In this document: piece by piece, positions 63,032 to 64,000 of the stretch | Numbering within the stretch: position 1 is the stretch's first letter | How the letters are laid out: each line of letters opens with the position of its first letter | Source: Planctomycetota bacterium | GTDB lineage: Bacteria > Planctomycetota > UBA1135 > GCA-002686595 | Length of the DNA: 64,000 nucleotides | Direction of reading: 5' to 3' | NCBI GenBank assembly: GCA_041488095.1 | Contig: JBGPOP010000008.1 | Coordinates: 26,396-90,395 of the forward strand | Notes under the pieces: generated by a model | Told to the model about the DNA's origin: nothing | Seen by the model: the letters and a program-made list of their open reading frames with translations, nothing else | Database searches by the model: none | Translations under genes and position numbers: made by a program

Positions 63032-64000
63032 TTACTGTGAGGGAGCACCGGTCGCGGAGGCCTCGGGCTTCCCGTTCCGCTTCTTCCCGCCGCGGACGCT
63101 CGCGAGGGGGTAGGTACTCTCCTTCTTCAACCGGCTCGCCTGCTCCTTGACTTCGTCGAGGAGCCTTTGCACGAGCTCCTCGCGCCGCGCGAAGAGGCGA
63201 TAGCCGGCCGGATCGCGCAGGTATCCGCGCGCCTCCGGGTGCTTGGCGATCAGCTCCTCGCGCCCCATCCGCTCCGCCCAGCGCTCGAAGCGCGCGCGCT
63301 TGCCGAGCAAGGCCTTCGCCAGGAACGGCATCACGACCGAGTAGTCGGCCTGCATGCTCTCGCAGGTCGAACGGTAGTGCTTCTCGTCGACCTTGCCCCA
63401 CGTCACCGCCTCGGCCGGCGGGCAGGAGCTCAGCGACCCGTCCGTGATCGGCGCGGTCGTGATCTGGATGTCGTAGAGGTAGCCCGAGATGTCGGGGATC
63501 CCGAGGATCTGCGACAGCGCCGGCTCGGGCTGGAGGTTGAAGTTCTTGGGCACGCCTCCGCCCAGGATCAGCGTGCCGAGCGCGTGCTCCTCGTTCTCGC
63601 GCAGGCCCCAGAAATGGTAGGCGCAGCTCTCGAAGACCTCCTGGTGCAGGTCGAGCTCGAACGCGTGCGCCGCGCCGGTCGCGCGGGCGAGCGCCCACAG
63701 CTTCATCGAGTTCAGGAAGCACGACCCGTCCGCCGGCGCGCCGACGAAGATCGGGATGCTCTTCCGGTGGCACAGCGCGAGCAGGCCCTCGCGCACGCCG
63801 TTCTTCTTCTCCTGCGCGGCGTAGCGCCGGCCGAGCAGCCAGCGGAACTCGGTGCCGGTCATCCGGCGCTGGAACTCGGGCTCGCCGAGGCAGGCGGAGA
63901 TGAAGCGGTCCTGCTCGAGCAGCATCTCCTCGTCGAAGCCGATGTCGGTGACGCGGATCGTCTTCTCCTCGCGGAGAGCCCCGTCGTCGCCGAAGATCGG
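63032..64000 (-). CDS. Deoxyhypusine synthase-like protein. The N-terminus lies beyond the window end.
   Basis: It contains ILGGGVPKNF (a GGGxxKN motif typical of DHS-like NAD-binding enzymes) and FVGAPADGSCFLNSMKLW. The reading frame continues open upstream of 63925 to the window edge. Confidence 0.5.
   Translation of the reverse strand, partial: PIFGDDGALREEKTIRVTDIGFDEEMLLEQDRFISACLGEPEFQRRMTGTEFRWLLGRRYAAQEKKNGVREGLLALCHRKSIPIFVGAPADGSCFLNSMKLWALARATGAAHAFELDLHQEVFESCAYHFWGLRENEEHALGTLILGGGVPKNFNLQPEPALSQILGIPDISGYLYDIQITTAPITDGSLSSCPPAEAVTWGKVDEKHYRSTCESMQADYSVVMPFLAKALLGKRARFERWAERMGREELIAKHPEARGYLRDPAGYRLFARREELVQRLLDEVKEQASRLKKESTYPLASVRGGKKRNGKPEASATGAPSQ

Overview
This 64-kb window has about 70% GC and is densely packed with genes, so it looks like core chromosome from a high-GC Gram-negative bacterium, with several accessory-like islands. 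All calls rest on reading the ORF-track translations for family motifs and checking start, stop and overlap positions against the raw sequence by hand.

Conserved backbone genes recognised by motif:
- An ECF sigma factor and its anti-sigma factor (partial at the window start), followed by lpxB.
- A chaperone supercluster on the minus strand: two tandem groEL paralogs, then dnaJ, grpE and an FmdB zinc-ribbon gene. No groES, dnaK or CIRCE element was found.
- The rpsB-tsf-pyrH-frr operon with a clear sigma-70-type promoter, followed by two tRNA-Lys genes.
- pepP, a flotillin/NfeD pair, a Trm112-like gene, tRNA-Glu, xseA, pabB-like, an MFS transporter, a putative sulfonate-type ABC operon with an Rrf2 (CymR/IscR-like) regulator, and a XerC/D-type recombinase.

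Stretches that look accessory or poorly characterised:
- A tandem pair of secreted HExxH proteins (DUF1570-like) at 6159-9397.
- A tandem pair of roughly 1000-aa membrane-anchored proteins built from CarboxypepD_reg-like repeats at 9640-15836.
- A minus-strand operon (36438-43952) encoding a TPR lipoprotein, a CRTAC1-like FG-GAP protein and a 1422-aa M36-like metalloprotease that carries 108-bp tandem repeats encoding thrombospondin type-3 repeats.
- A five-gene minus-strand cluster of secreted and membrane hypothetical proteins ending in the recombinase (50076-54335).
- A 220-bp nested palindrome at 59121-59340.

Many long antisense ORFs in the six-frame track were rejected as artefacts of the high GC content.
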